Source: a virus
Taxonomy: Duplodnaviria > Caudoviricetes
Length of the DNA: 59,809 nucleotides
Reading direction: 5' to 3' (one strand)
Virus record (IMG/VR): IMGVR_UViG_3300039307_000389
Span: 1-59,809 of that record
The notes below the pieces were generated by a model. The model had not been told where the DNA came from. It searched no databases and saw only the letters and a list, made by a program, of their open reading frames with translations. This document shows positions 36,807-46,164 of this stretch, piece after piece. Position 1 is the first letter of the stretch. Each line of letters begins with the position of its first letter. Position numbers and translations under genes: made by a program.

Positions 36807-37532
36807 CTAGTCGTAGCTCGCCAGGGCGTACAGCACCCAGACTTCGACCTTGCCCGACGTGATTGCTTCGCCCGACGGCGTATAGTTGATCTGCCCCGCC
36901 GCGGACATCTTGAACGGCGTTGCCGTGCACGTGGGCACAACCACCGCATCGATGGAGAGAGTGGCCTGCGCCGTCACCGTCTTGATCGAATTGGCCGCCG
37001 AACCAGCGGAGGTCCCGATAACGAGACTGGCGCCGTGAGCGGCCGAATCGACGGCCGTAGGGACGTTGATGACGCCGCCGAAGACAACCGCATCCTTGGG
37101 AATGCTGTCGCTATTCGCCGGAGTATGCGCCGCCACCGTGCCGGAGTCGCTGGAAAAGTCGATCACCGCATGGGCGACCTTCACGCCGTTGACCTGTCCG
37201 GAGAATCCCGGAACTCCGGTCAGCTTCACGGCCACGGTAGTATCGCCCGTCAGCGCCGCCACCTCGACCAGCCCGATGAGCAGATTCGAGCCGACGGTGG
37301 AAGTGACCTGTTTGGCCGTGTCATTCCAGTACGCCAGGTCGCCTTGCGCGAACACGCTGGCATCCTTGGCCAGACTGAATACGCCGTTGGGGGCGATCTC
37401 CAGACTGTCGTTCTGAACGGCGTCGTAAGACGCCACGCCGAACACGTTCCCGACCTTCACTCCGCCCCCCGAACTGACGGCGTAGGGGGCGGTAACCGTA
37501 AGCCGTTCGCCTTTGTGTAGATAGTTATTCAT
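36807..37532 (-). CDS. DUF2190 capsid decoration protein with a C-terminal extension
   Basis: MNNYLHKGERLTVTAPYAVSSG...GVFSLAK...GDLAYWND. Confidence 0.85.
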   Translation of the reverse strand: MNNYLHKGERLTVTAPYAVSSGGGVKVGNVFGVASYDAVQNDSLEIAPNGVFSLAKDASVFAQGDLAYWNDTAKQVTSTVGSNLLIGLVEVAALTGDTTVAVKLTGVPGFSGQVNGVKVAHAVIDFSSDSGTVAAHTPANSDSIPKDAVVFGGVINVPTAVDSAAHGASLVIGTSAGSAANSIKTVTAQATLSIDAVVVPTCTATPFKMSAAGQINYTPSGEAITSGKVEVWVLYALASYD

Positions 37533-37607
37533 GACGATTTCTTGATCTCCTGTTTGTTGTGCGGCCCGAATTGCTCCGGGCCGCTGCTCTTGGTTGTTTC
37601 GCCCCTA

Positions 37608-39203
37608 CTAGGCGGTGTTCTTTTGCAGGCCGCGGAACTCGACCGGAGCTGCGCCGAAGTCCATGCGGGCCTTGATTTCCACGCCATCCACGTCGAAGCC
37701 CTGGCGGGTTTCGATGAACACGCCCTGCTGGCCGGCGAGATAGGCGTATTCGATGGTGCTGATGCTGGCGGGATCGGCCACCAGATACCACGAGGTAGTG
37801 CCATTCGCGGCGCCGTCGAGACGCGGCTCCACGATGGGAACCATGGTCCGCAGGAACGCCGGAACGTCCTTCGTGGTGTCCGTTGCCGCGAGGTTCTGCG
37901 GGTTGACGATGGGCGCCACCACGCCCTCTTGGGCAGCCGAGACGATCACGTACTTGGGAACCAGGTTCAAAATGGTTCCCTTCGGCCCCTTCTGGAGCCG
38001 CATTTTGGCGCGCGCCGCGATCATGCCGGCGACGGCCAGCGCATTGGTCGTAACGAGGTTGTTGTGGGCGGCGGAGAACAGCGCGTTCCCATCGGCCATG
38101 TTGCCGTTGGCGATGATGAGATTCCAGACGGTATCGCTCTCCAACCGTGCGGCGGCCGTGCCGAGCAGGGAAGGAACGCGAGTGAAGGCCTGGAGGTCGT
38201 CATTGATGATGACCTTGCGCGTCAAGGCAACGATTTCGCCGAAGGTTGCCAGCGAATACGTCTCCTTGTTGTCGCTCAACCCGGTTCGGTGGAACTCGCC
38301 GTTCTCGTTGATCGGCATGAGCGCCGCGAGGTCGCTCAACTGAATGCTGTTCAACGGCTTGAAATCCTGCGCCGTGACTTGCACACAGAACTCCGCGAAG
38401 GTGCGCGGGGCCGCTTCGTACGCCTGGCGCAACTTCTTGTTCGCGACGTTCGCCACGATGGCGGGGAAGTCGGACACTCCGGCCATGCCGCCCTCGAACG
38501 CCTCGAAGCCGAAGTTCTCGGCCGCGGTGAACGTTCCGGAGGGGCCGCGCAGGGCCAAGCGGGCGATGGTATCCGGGGACATGCCGCGAGTCTTCACGCC
38601 GGCATTCTGAAGGCACTCCTCGGCGATTCGCAGCAGCGACATGTTGGCGTAGACCCGGCCCTTTTCGGCCAACTCCGCCGGGAGTCTGGGATCGGCGCGC
38701 AACAGCAGGCCGGCCACCATGCACTCGCGCCGCTTGTCGGCCTCATCGGCTCCGGCCAGTGCGCCGATATGCCCGTGGGTTGCGACGTGCGCGAAAGCGT
38801 CGGCCGCCTTGTCCAGGATCTTCTTGTTCGATTCCTCGACAGACAAGCCTTCGGCGATGAGCGCCTCGGTGAACTTGCTATCCAAGCTGAACTTTGCGGC
38901 GGTAAGCCGGATTCCGCCTGCGCGCAACCGTTCCGCCGCGGCGCCCTGTTTCCGCAGCGCTTCGGCATCCGGCGTGGCGGCCGGCGCGGGCGGCGCAGCC
39001 GGAGCGGGTTGCCGACTGGCCAACTCCGCTTCGAGTTCCGTGATGCTCGCCGTCAGTTCCTCGGCCTCGGCCTTTTTCGCTTCGTACTCCAGCTTTTCGG
39101 CCTCGGTCAAATCGCGATTGTCTTTCTTCGCGAGCGCGTTCAGCGCTTCCATGCGTTCGACAGCCTTCCCCTTCATTTGGCGAAGGCGTTCCAATAGCTT
39201 CAT
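37608..39203 (-). CDS. Major capsid protein (HK97 fold, Mu gpT-like) with N-terminal scaffold region
   Basis: SDFPAIVANVANK, TRKVIINDDL, GFDVDGVEIKARMDFG. Confidence 0.92.
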   Translation of the reverse strand: MKLLERLRQMKGKAVERMEALNALAKKDNRDLTEAEKLEYEAKKAEAEELTASITELEAELASRQPAPAAPPAPAATPDAEALRKQGAAAERLRAGGIRLTAAKFSLDSKFTEALIAEGLSVEESNKKILDKAADAFAHVATHGHIGALAGADEADKRRECMVAGLLLRADPRLPAELAEKGRVYANMSLLRIAEECLQNAGVKTRGMSPDTIARLALRGPSGTFTAAENFGFEAFEGGMAGVSDFPAIVANVANKKLRQAYEAAPRTFAEFCVQVTAQDFKPLNSIQLSDLAALMPINENGEFHRTGLSDNKETYSLATFGEIVALTRKVIINDDLQAFTRVPSLLGTAAARLESDTVWNLIIANGNMADGNALFSAAHNNLVTTNALAVAGMIAARAKMRLQKGPKGTILNLVPKYVIVSAAQEGVVAPIVNPQNLAATDTTKDVPAFLRTMVPIVEPRLDGAANGTTSWYLVADPASISTIEYAYLAGQQGVFIETRQGFDVDGVEIKARMDFGAAPVEFRGLQKNTA

Positions 39204-39265
39204 GAATCGTGTCCTCTCTTGATTTGTGATTGTTTCCCCGGCCGCCTTCGCGGTGGGGTTGGTGC

Positions 39266-39919
39266 TTATCGGAGGCGCAGGATCTCCGCCTCGCGAACTC
39301 TAACCTCGGAAGCGAACTGATTCTCAGCCGGAGGCGGATCTTTCAGTTCGTGGGGAACGGGCGGTTCTTTGTGCCCCAGCGTGGTAGTTCCAAAGTCCGC
39401 CGGCAGCGGGGCGCACGAAATCTCGAACGGGCGCCACTTGTCAGCCAGCCTCACCGTGGGCTGTCCATCGACCTTGATTTCATGCTCGGCCAGAATCTCG
39501 ACGCCCATCGAGAACTTCTGGACGATCTTGTCTTTGATGTCGCCCCACAGGGCGTCCACGGCGGTGCGTTTCGAGAATCGCAGGGTAGCTTTGTAGAGTT
39601 TGCCGTCTACCCACGCCTTGTCGATAACTCCCTTCTGTGCCTCCGTTCCGTCGTAGGTGTTGTGATTGTCGAAGACCGGCGCGCCGCTGTTGAGCAGCGA
39701 CAGGTCCACTCCCTTGGGATCGAAGCGCCTGATGTACGGGCCGTCCCAGGAAACGCGCGGCACGTCGATGCCGGTAAACCACACCACGTCTACCGTGCGC
39801 TGCTCGTCATTGATCGTGCTGGGCGTGACCGCCGCGGCGAAGAACTCCAGCCCCTCACCCGTTTTATCCGGAGGCGGCGCCGCAAGGGCCTCCTCGGGCT
39901 TGTGATTCCGTAGGAACAT
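39266..39919 (-). CDS. Prohead protease (HK97 type)
   Basis: GAPVFDNH, FSMG, WRPFEISCAPLPAD. Confidence 0.85.
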   Translation of the reverse strand: MFLRNHKPEEALAAPPPDKTGEGLEFFAAAVTPSTINDEQRTVDVVWFTGIDVPRVSWDGPYIRRFDPKGVDLSLLNSGAPVFDNHNTYDGTEAQKGVIDKAWVDGKLYKATLRFSKRTAVDALWGDIKDKIVQKFSMGVEILAEHEIKVDGQPTVRLADKWRPFEISCAPLPADFGTTTLGHKEPPVPHELKDPPPAENQFASEVRVREAEILRLR

Positions 39920-39932
39920 GACTCTCGTCTCC

Positions 39933-41630
39933 TTAACAGATGTAAGTACGCTTCGTGAGTGAATCGTTGCGGTCCATGCTTCGGTCCACCGCACACGCCG
40001 CCAGGAAGTTGACCTTCTCGGCAAGTTGATCCATCGAAGCGCGGAATGCAGACTGGCTGGATACTACCGGCTTGGAACTTGGCGTTCGCTCCGCTGTGGC
40101 GGCAGGCTGTTCCTGCCCGCGAAGCGTCACATTGCGAGGATCGCAGTCCAGGATGATTTCCAACTCATCCAGGACCTTATTAATGCGCGCGATCTCCGCC
40201 AGTTGCCGTTCCGGATCGTAGCCGTTTTGAATGATAGCCTCGGAGAGCGTCAGCGTGCCCATGCGGACTTGCTTCAGAACGGCTTCCGCGTCCTTCACCG
40301 GATCGACGCTTTCAAACTTCGGAGCCGTCCACTCCGTCGCGTACAGATTGATGCTCGAATCGGTAACCGCGCTCATCGGGATTCTTCCGACCGCAATCAG
40401 CGTGTCGATGAACCGCCTACGCGCCGGCATACAACTCTGCGAAATCAGCATGAGCCAGCGGTACGCCTCGATGGTGTTCCGGAAGCCCAACATTCCGCCG
40501 CGCCACGACGAGAAGTTGACTTGGGACATATCCCCGGAGCCCAACTCGTACGGAACGCAAACGCCCGCCATGATCCGCTGTACTTCGGTCATGGTGTACT
40601 CGCGATACCCGCCGGCAGGATGCGGCGTGTTGAAGGTGGCAGTCTGCCCCGGCTTCAGGTACTTAATCATGCCGGGCTCGAAGTTCTCCACCGGGGCACC
40701 GGTGTTGCTATTCGGGTCCGTGGTCGAGTTCAGTCCGAGAGGGCCGCCGGCCGCTCCATCGCCCTGAGTCACGAAGGCCACCATGCAGGCTTCGATCTTC
40801 TTTCGGACTCCCTCGGCGTCTCGGTAGTCGTCTTGATCTCGAAGGGCCGTCATGACCGGAGCCATCCACGGAACGCCGCGTACCTGGCCGGGCCTCAAGA
40901 TGCGGTAGTTGTGCAGTACCTCCTCTGCCGGTACGGGCTTCGAGATGATTCCCCCGCGAGGATTGAACAAGATCGCCGCTCCCGGATGATTCGCAAAGAG
41001 CCAGTATTGCCGGCGGCGGCCAATGGGATCGAACTCCACGCCCTGCACGATATGTCCCCCGTCCGGGGTTCCCATCGTGCGAGAGGCGTCCAGGTGATCG
41101 GATTCGAGGATCTGAAGTTGCAGCGGGACTCGCAGGTTGTCTGACGGGCGCCGCTGGCGATAGCGGACGATACCCTCTCCGCTCTCCGCCGTCGTGCGCA
41201 TAATCAGCGCTTGAAGCCCGTAGAAATCCAACTGCCCGGCGGGATCGCAGTTCGCCGCGAAGTACGGCCACTCTGCGTCGATGAGTTTGTTGAGGTCCGC
41301 GTTTCCCGTCTTCGCCTGAGGGACGATGCCCGTTCCCACTGTGTTTCCCACCAACTCTTCAACCATCCGAGTGGCGTACGGGTTATTGCGAACCAGTTCA
41401 CGCGAGCGGTTCCGCAGATAGATCAGGGAACCCAGTAGCTCGACGTTCGCATCGGTCGAGGCTGCGTACCATCCGTGCATCCTACGGCCGCCGGTCGCGC
41501 CGTCATACGAATAGCGTTCGCCGTGCCGTTTGATGTAGCCTTCCGTGAGTGCGAGCGCATATCTGGCGCGAGCGCGCTCAAGCCCCAGGTTGGGAGACAC
41601 CAGACTTATAGCTTTGTCAAAGAGGTTCAT
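39933..41630 (-). CDS. Portal protein, lambda family
   Basis: LRNRSRELVRNNPYA, RPGQVRGVP, GDMSQVNFSS, VDPVKD. Confidence 0.95.
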   Translation of the reverse strand: MNLFDKAISLVSPNLGLERARARYALALTEGYIKRHGERYSYDGATGGRRMHGWYAASTDANVELLGSLIYLRNRSRELVRNNPYATRMVEELVGNTVGTGIVPQAKTGNADLNKLIDAEWPYFAANCDPAGQLDFYGLQALIMRTTAESGEGIVRYRQRRPSDNLRVPLQLQILESDHLDASRTMGTPDGGHIVQGVEFDPIGRRRQYWLFANHPGAAILFNPRGGIISKPVPAEEVLHNYRILRPGQVRGVPWMAPVMTALRDQDDYRDAEGVRKKIEACMVAFVTQGDGAAGGPLGLNSTTDPNSNTGAPVENFEPGMIKYLKPGQTATFNTPHPAGGYREYTMTEVQRIMAGVCVPYELGSGDMSQVNFSSWRGGMLGFRNTIEAYRWLMLISQSCMPARRRFIDTLIAVGRIPMSAVTDSSINLYATEWTAPKFESVDPVKDAEAVLKQVRMGTLTLSEAIIQNGYDPERQLAEIARINKVLDELEIILDCDPRNVTLRGQEQPAATAERTPSSKPVVSSQSAFRASMDQLAEKVNFLAACAVDRSMDRNDSLTKRTYIC

Positions 41631-41776
41631 GTGCTTGATAGGCGCGCCAGGAACTCCGCGTTTTCCCTCTCCGCCGTCTGCCTCGGCTTTTCGATAGCCT
41701 CGCGAATCCCGCGAAGTTCAGCCAGGATCAGTTCAAGTGTCTGATCGCTGCTTTCTTTGGTGGTTGGTTTCGCCAT
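41627..41776 (-). CDS. Small hypothetical protein (49 aa)
   Basis: Read by hand; TAATG and ATGA overlaps with both neighbours. Confidence 0.55.
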   Translation of the reverse strand: MAKPTTKESSDQTLELILAELRGIREAIEKPRQTAERENAEFLARLSST

Positions 41777-42027
41777 TACCAGTACCACCGCGGCGGCCCG
41801 CTGGGTCCGTCTCCCCGGCTGTGTTGTGCCACGGAAGTGTTCCCGCCTTTGGCCCCGCTGGCTTCGCGGATGTCGTCTTCCAGGTCGGTGATCTTCTTCC
41901 GCATGTCGTCAGCGGAGGAATACTGAACCTCGCGACCGTCCGGAAAACGCACGCGCAGTTCGCCCTTGTAGTAAGCGCGCTGCAAATCATCGTGCATCTG
42001 CTGTAGTTCGGTTAGACTCAGTGCCAT
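41776..42027 (-). CDS. Head completion protein (gpW-like)
   Basis: GELRVRFPDGREVQYSSADDM. Confidence 0.8.
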   Translation of the reverse strand: MALSLTELQQMHDDLQRAYYKGELRVRFPDGREVQYSSADDMRKKITDLEDDIREASGAKGGNTSVAQHSRGDGPSGPPRWYW

Positions 42028-42029
42028 CG

Positions 42030-43988
42030 TTAGACCTCCTGCCCGAACCATTTACGGCGCGGTATCCAGGTTTCCTTTTCGCCGGCGGGGTTTGCGGCCG
42101 GGCGTCTCCCCTGCTCGCCCGTCCCGTCCGGCCGCCGACTCTCGTTCTTGACCGGCGCGGAGAGTCTTTCCTCCAGCGCTTTCCAGTGCGCCTCTTGCGC
42201 TTGATCGACTCCGAGATCCCAGGCCGCGGCGCGGGCATAGTTGCGGCAGTCGAGGGCCTCGTTACGACCGTCTTTCCTCCACTCCCACTTCGTACGGCCG
42301 TTCTTCAGCTTTCTTGTGACTAACTGCTCGGCGGTTAACTGCTTGAAATGCTCATCCCCGTAGTTCTTGCCTTCACAGAAATGGCAGTATCCAGGCGGGA
42401 ATCCCACGCCCTGTTCGCGCTCTTGCGGCGTGGGCGGACGTAACCTCAGTCGGGAGTAGAGTTCACCCTTAAAGAACGAAACCGCTACGCGCTTGATTTT
42501 CAGGCCGAACTTCTTACCGGCAATTACTCCGTCAACCGGAGACGGCTGACTGACCGGGACTCCGCTCATTCCCGCCCTGTCATCTCCCTTGATCGCAGTT
42601 ACCCGCTCCTCTGGCTGCGTACGCACCCAGGCGTACACGTCGTTTGTCATGGTTCCGTCGCCGGAATCCACGAACATCCGGGATATCGGCAACTGCGCTC
42701 CGGACTCATGCGGAAAGGTTTCGTTGACGATATCCGCCAACTTCGCCCACACCGCGGGCTCCGAAGTGCGGCCCTCCAGAATCCGGTACTCTATCGACCA
42801 GCTCTCGCGGTTCCGTCCCCATGCGACGATCTCAACCTCGATGCGGTCGCGCTGCACGTCCACGCCTGCCGTCAGGATCAACCCGCCTGCGGGGACCGTT
42901 CCCAACGGGTACTTCTCGCGCCGCTCGATAAGCGTCCGATATTCTGGAGCCTCGCCCGGCTCTTCCCACAGTTCGGCCAGTTGCTCGTTAACGAACGTCT
43001 TCAGGGCCTCGTTGTTGTCTTTTGACTTCAAGAACTCGTCAACGAGCGCGCTGAGCTTGGTTCCGATCCGGGCCAATCCAGAAACCCTGAATCCAGCCAC
43101 GCCATTGAACGGACCCGTTGCGCGATAGCGGCCATTCACGCTGGCCGCCGTGCGGTCAACGTCAGTCCATTCGGCCTTGCACTCCTTGTTCGCGCAGACG
43201 TAGCGAGCCGACGCGCACTGCTTCTTCCGCGATGCCGCCGAAGAGTCCCATTTCACTTGCGACCACTTGGGGATCTGAAACTCCCCGCATTTCGGGCAGC
43301 GCAATTCGTACTCGCGCTTATCACTCTCCTCGTATGCCTGTTCTATCCGCGAGTACCCCTTTGCGGTTGGCGTGCAGGCGAGCATCGTCTTCCGATTCCA
43401 GAACTCCTCCTGGCGCCCTTGCGCCATCGAGATCGGATCGCCAGCGCCGCCGGCGGATGCCGGGTACTTGTCGATCTCGTCGCAGAAGAGATACCGGATC
43501 GGAAGGGCGGCCAAGTTCCCCGGCGATGCCGAAGCCACTACCGACAGATGGCCGCCAGGAAACGCTTTGTACTCGAAAGTGTTCTCACCGCTGCGAGATT
43601 TCTCTGTCGAGACTTTCCCGCGTAGACACGGCGTATCGCGCAGCATCGGCGCGAGTCGGATCTTAGACCACTTCTTGCAGTCCGTATCGCGGAACTGAAC
43701 CACCAGCATCGGCCCAGGATCTTGGTCGATGGCATAACCGAGACAGTTCAGTTCTATCTCCGTCTTTAAGGTTTGCCGTGCGACCATCATCACGATGGTG
43801 TGAATTGTCGGATCAGTGAAGGCGTCCATCGGCTCGCGCTGGTACGGCCGCGTCTTCCATTGACCTACGCGAGCGCTCGACTCGGGAGACAACTTACGCT
43901 TGGAGTCCGCCCATTGAGTGACAGTCAGTTTCGGGGGCGGCGCCCATAATTGCGCGATTTCCCGAACGGTCTCTGTTAGCGCGTTCAT
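42030..43988 (-). CDS. Terminase large subunit, GpA family
   Basis: PYQREPMD, ARQTLKTE, FCDEID, CTPT, TAGVDVQ, NEALDC. Confidence 0.95.
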   Translation of the reverse strand: MNALTETVREIAQLWAPPPKLTVTQWADSKRKLSPESSARVGQWKTRPYQREPMDAFTDPTIHTIVMMVARQTLKTEIELNCLGYAIDQDPGPMLVVQFRDTDCKKWSKIRLAPMLRDTPCLRGKVSTEKSRSGENTFEYKAFPGGHLSVVASASPGNLAALPIRYLFCDEIDKYPASAGGAGDPISMAQGRQEEFWNRKTMLACTPTAKGYSRIEQAYEESDKREYELRCPKCGEFQIPKWSQVKWDSSAASRKKQCASARYVCANKECKAEWTDVDRTAASVNGRYRATGPFNGVAGFRVSGLARIGTKLSALVDEFLKSKDNNEALKTFVNEQLAELWEEPGEAPEYRTLIERREKYPLGTVPAGGLILTAGVDVQRDRIEVEIVAWGRNRESWSIEYRILEGRTSEPAVWAKLADIVNETFPHESGAQLPISRMFVDSGDGTMTNDVYAWVRTQPEERVTAIKGDDRAGMSGVPVSQPSPVDGVIAGKKFGLKIKRVAVSFFKGELYSRLRLRPPTPQEREQGVGFPPGYCHFCEGKNYGDEHFKQLTAEQLVTRKLKNGRTKWEWRKDGRNEALDCRNYARAAAWDLGVDQAQEAHWKALEERLSAPVKNESRRPDGTGEQGRRPAANPAGEKETWIPRRKWFGQEV

Positions 43989-44530
43989 GCGGCCGTCTCC
44001 GGTTCCCAGCGGGCGAGTTCCGAGAGCGCCTCGTCTATCTCCGCCTCGATCTTGGCCTGAATCGCCGCCGGGTTAGTCTCGACGGCCAAATCCGGAGCCA
44101 GCCCATTACCTATCGCGCGCAGGCGCATCTTGGCCGCGGCCACCAGGCTACCCACCGCGCGCCGCACCGCTGCCAGTTCCGCGTACTTCCCCTCCAGGCG
44201 TAGCGCCTCCAACGAAGCCTTCTTGGCCTTCGCCGTCTCGTGAACTAACTGTGCGTGCGCCAGAGTTCCCGGCGTCGGAGATTCTCCGCGAGGTCGCGAT
44301 TCCGGCTGATATTCCTCCGGTTCCTGTGCCCGCGCCTTCGCTTTCGGACTCGGCTTTTGATGCTCGTTTACATTGGCCCGCGTGTTGCGAGCCCAGGCAG
44401 CATCCGCAAGGTCGGAGTCAAGCAACTTACCGTCGGTGAGCGCAATCCGTCCGGCCTTCACCGCCTTACTCACGGCCATTGCCGATACGCCCCTGTGTTT
44501 GGCGTACTGCCGCATCGACATGAGTGGCAT
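43985..44530 (-). CDS. Terminase small subunit (Nu1-like)
   Basis: MSMRQYAKHRGVSAMAVSKAVKAGRI wHTH followed by a coiled coil. Confidence 0.9.
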   Translation of the reverse strand: MPLMSMRQYAKHRGVSAMAVSKAVKAGRIALTDGKLLDSDLADAAWARNTRANVNEHQKPSPKAKARAQEPEEYQPESRPRGESPTPGTLAHAQLVHETAKAKKASLEALRLEGKYAELAAVRRAVGSLVAAAKMRLRAIGNGLAPDLAVETNPAAIQAKIEAEIDEALSELARWEPETAA

Positions 44531-44537
44531 TTATTTA

Positions 44538-44566
44538 TTGACTCCACAAACTGCTGCTGTTATGCT
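44538..44566 (+). promoter_or_regulatory. Sigma70-type promoter (probably leaderless transcript)
   Basis: TTGACT-17 nt-TATGCT with an extended TG; ATG 7 nt downstream. Confidence 0.65.
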
Positions 44567-44573
44567 CTGGTTT

Positions 44574-44834
44574 ATGGAGCGGCCGAAGAGCCAGAAGCTA
44601 CACTGCCCGAATTGCGGCAAGGTGATTCCGGATAGCGAGGTCCGCAGTAGAGCTGCTTCGCTGGCGAGCCGTGCCCGCGTAAACCCCGCCGGCGGACGCC
44701 CCGCGAAAGTCGAACCGTGCCCAGGCTGCCAGGCTCCCCTCACCGCCCGGCAGCGCCGCGTCCACCACTGCCCCGGCCTACCCCCCAGGAAGCGCGGACG
44801 GCCACGTAAACCGTTGCAAACGCAGGAAATATAG
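44574..44834 (+). CDS. Small Zn-finger / AT-hook DNA-binding protein
   Basis: CPNC...GGRPAKVEPCPGCQAP...HHC...KRGRPRK. Confidence 0.7.
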   Translation: MERPKSQKLHCPNCGKVIPDSEVRSRAASLASRARVNPAGGRPAKVEPCPGCQAPLTARQRRVHHCPGLPPRKRGRPRKPLQTQEI

Positions 44835-44947
44835 TTTCACCCCCGCAAGACCTCTGCAAACATTGGCGAGTCCGAGAGCGGCTCCGCTAAAGCACTGCAA
44901 ACGCTCCAAATAAAAACCTTCACAAACAGCGGCTATAGTGCGATAAT
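44815..44947 (+). promoter_or_regulatory. Repeated TGCAAAC boxes and a promoter for the plus-strand island
   Basis: TGCAAACGCAGGAAATA (44815), CCTCTGCAAAC (44851), TGCAAACGCTCCAAATA (44896); TTCACA-17-GATAAT at 44919-44947. Confidence 0.55.
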
Positions 44948-44994
44948 TCGATTTCGGGTTGGTTAAACCGGCCCGAGGAAAGGAAAACGGCCCG

Positions 44995-45297
44995 ATGGCG
45001 ACTCGACACCTACTGCTTACCCGTGGAACCGAATGGCGCCGCCTATGGAATTGGCGCGTTCGGGAATTACGGGGCGAGCCTAAAGACTGGAACCTGCTCA
45101 CCACTAGCGAGCCGCTGGCCGAATACCCTTCCCGTCTATCACCCATGGAAGCGGCCCGGTTAGCCTTCGCGGAATTTCCGGACTGCCGCCTCTACCTGCG
45201 GGTAGACGATCCCGACGCGGCTCCCCTGCGTTGCGAGAATTTCACCGTGGCGCGGGTTATGCCCACGGTTGCGGAGGCCCCTAATGACGCCAGATAG
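44995..45297 (+). CDS. Hypothetical protein
   Basis: First gene of the plus-strand island; AGGA RBS. Confidence 0.55.
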   Translation: MATRHLLLTRGTEWRRLWNWRVRELRGEPKDWNLLTTSEPLAEYPSRLSPMEAARLAFAEFPDCRLYLRVDDPDAAPLRCENFTVARVMPTVAEAPNDAR

Positions 45298-45751
45298 TCC
45301 CGTTTCCTGGGAAGACTTCGACCGTATGATAGCCGAGGATTCCAAGACCGACGCTTCGCCTTTCGGCGATGCCGTCTACAGTTACAGCCGAGCGCAAGCC
45401 ATCGAAGATGGCGAGTTGGTAGACGTTTCCGGTCCCGCTAAAGAGGCCGGCATCTCGTTCCCCGTGGCCATGACGCGCGGGGTTTATGCCCAGTGCGTCG
45501 AACTCCCCGAGGGGTATCACGGTTGCCAAGACGTGAACGGCCGCCTTTGGGACGTGGTATGGATGCTCCGTTGCGCGATTCGCCGCTCCCGTGGGGGTGA
45601 CCGGATAGACTACGGCGTACTGGTACGCCGGATAACGAAGCAACTCTCGGACGACCGCCGGCCGCCAGTACTCCACAAACTGTACGCCCTCTGCGGGCCT
45701 GGCGACACTCCGGCGCCGGTCATTACGATCATGCTCCCGGAGGAGGATTGA
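45284..45751 (+). CDS. DUF6573-like protein
   Basis: YSYSRAQAIEDGELVDV...FPVAMT...RLWDV...GPGD..PVITIMLPEED. Confidence 0.75.
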   Translation: MTPDSPVSWEDFDRMIAEDSKTDASPFGDAVYSYSRAQAIEDGELVDVSGPAKEAGISFPVAMTRGVYAQCVELPEGYHGCQDVNGRLWDVVWMLRCAIRRSRGGDRIDYGVLVRRITKQLSDDRRPPVLHKLYALCGPGDTPAPVITIMLPEED

Positions 45752-45754
45752 TCC

Positions 45755-45958
45755 ATGACCTTCGACGGCCTGGACGATTACGAACTGGAACGCCCGCCCC
45801 TCGCGGGCGTTTCCGATCCCGAGTGGGGAACCCGCCTGGATGCCGAGCGCGTGACGGCGGAGTTTCGCACGCGATCCGCGCGCCGCCTGGACTCCGGCCG
45901 CCGGCCGATAACCGACTCCCCGCTCTTCGGCGGCCCCGCGCAACGGGAGCTTTTCTAA
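45755..45958 (+). CDS. Small hypothetical protein ending QRELF
   Basis: GGAGG RBS; coupled to its neighbours. Confidence 0.6.
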   Translation: MTFDGLDDYELERPPLAGVSDPEWGTRLDAERVTAEFRTRSARRLDSGRRPITDSPLFGGPAQRELF

Positions 45959-46164
45959 TGGACACGAATTGCAGCCCGCTAGATACGCGCCGTAGTTGCG
46001 CGTTCACGTTAATCTGCGAGCGGTGTCACCGCTGCCTGCTGCACTGCACTTGCCCTCCCTCCGAGCAACGCGCTTCGGAGCCGGGTGTAATCGAATACCG
46101 CCTCCGGCAGGAGTTCTTCACCCGCCGGGTTCCGAATGGGAGATTAAATGCAACCACTCGTTGA
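45958..46164 (+). CDS. Small Cys-rich hypothetical protein
   Basis: TAATG overlap; CERCHRCLLHCTC. Confidence 0.5.
   Translation: MDTNCSPLDTRRSCAFTLICERCHRCLLHCTCPPSEQRASEPGVIEYRLRQEFFTRRVPNGRLNATTR

Noticed and set aside
37542-39197. 551 aa plus-strand ORF, and similar long ORFs at 18022-19389, 32345-33814, 40026-41144 and 24554-25729
   Set aside because: Antisense shadows of well-supported minus-strand genes in high-GC DNA, with no recognisable motifs.
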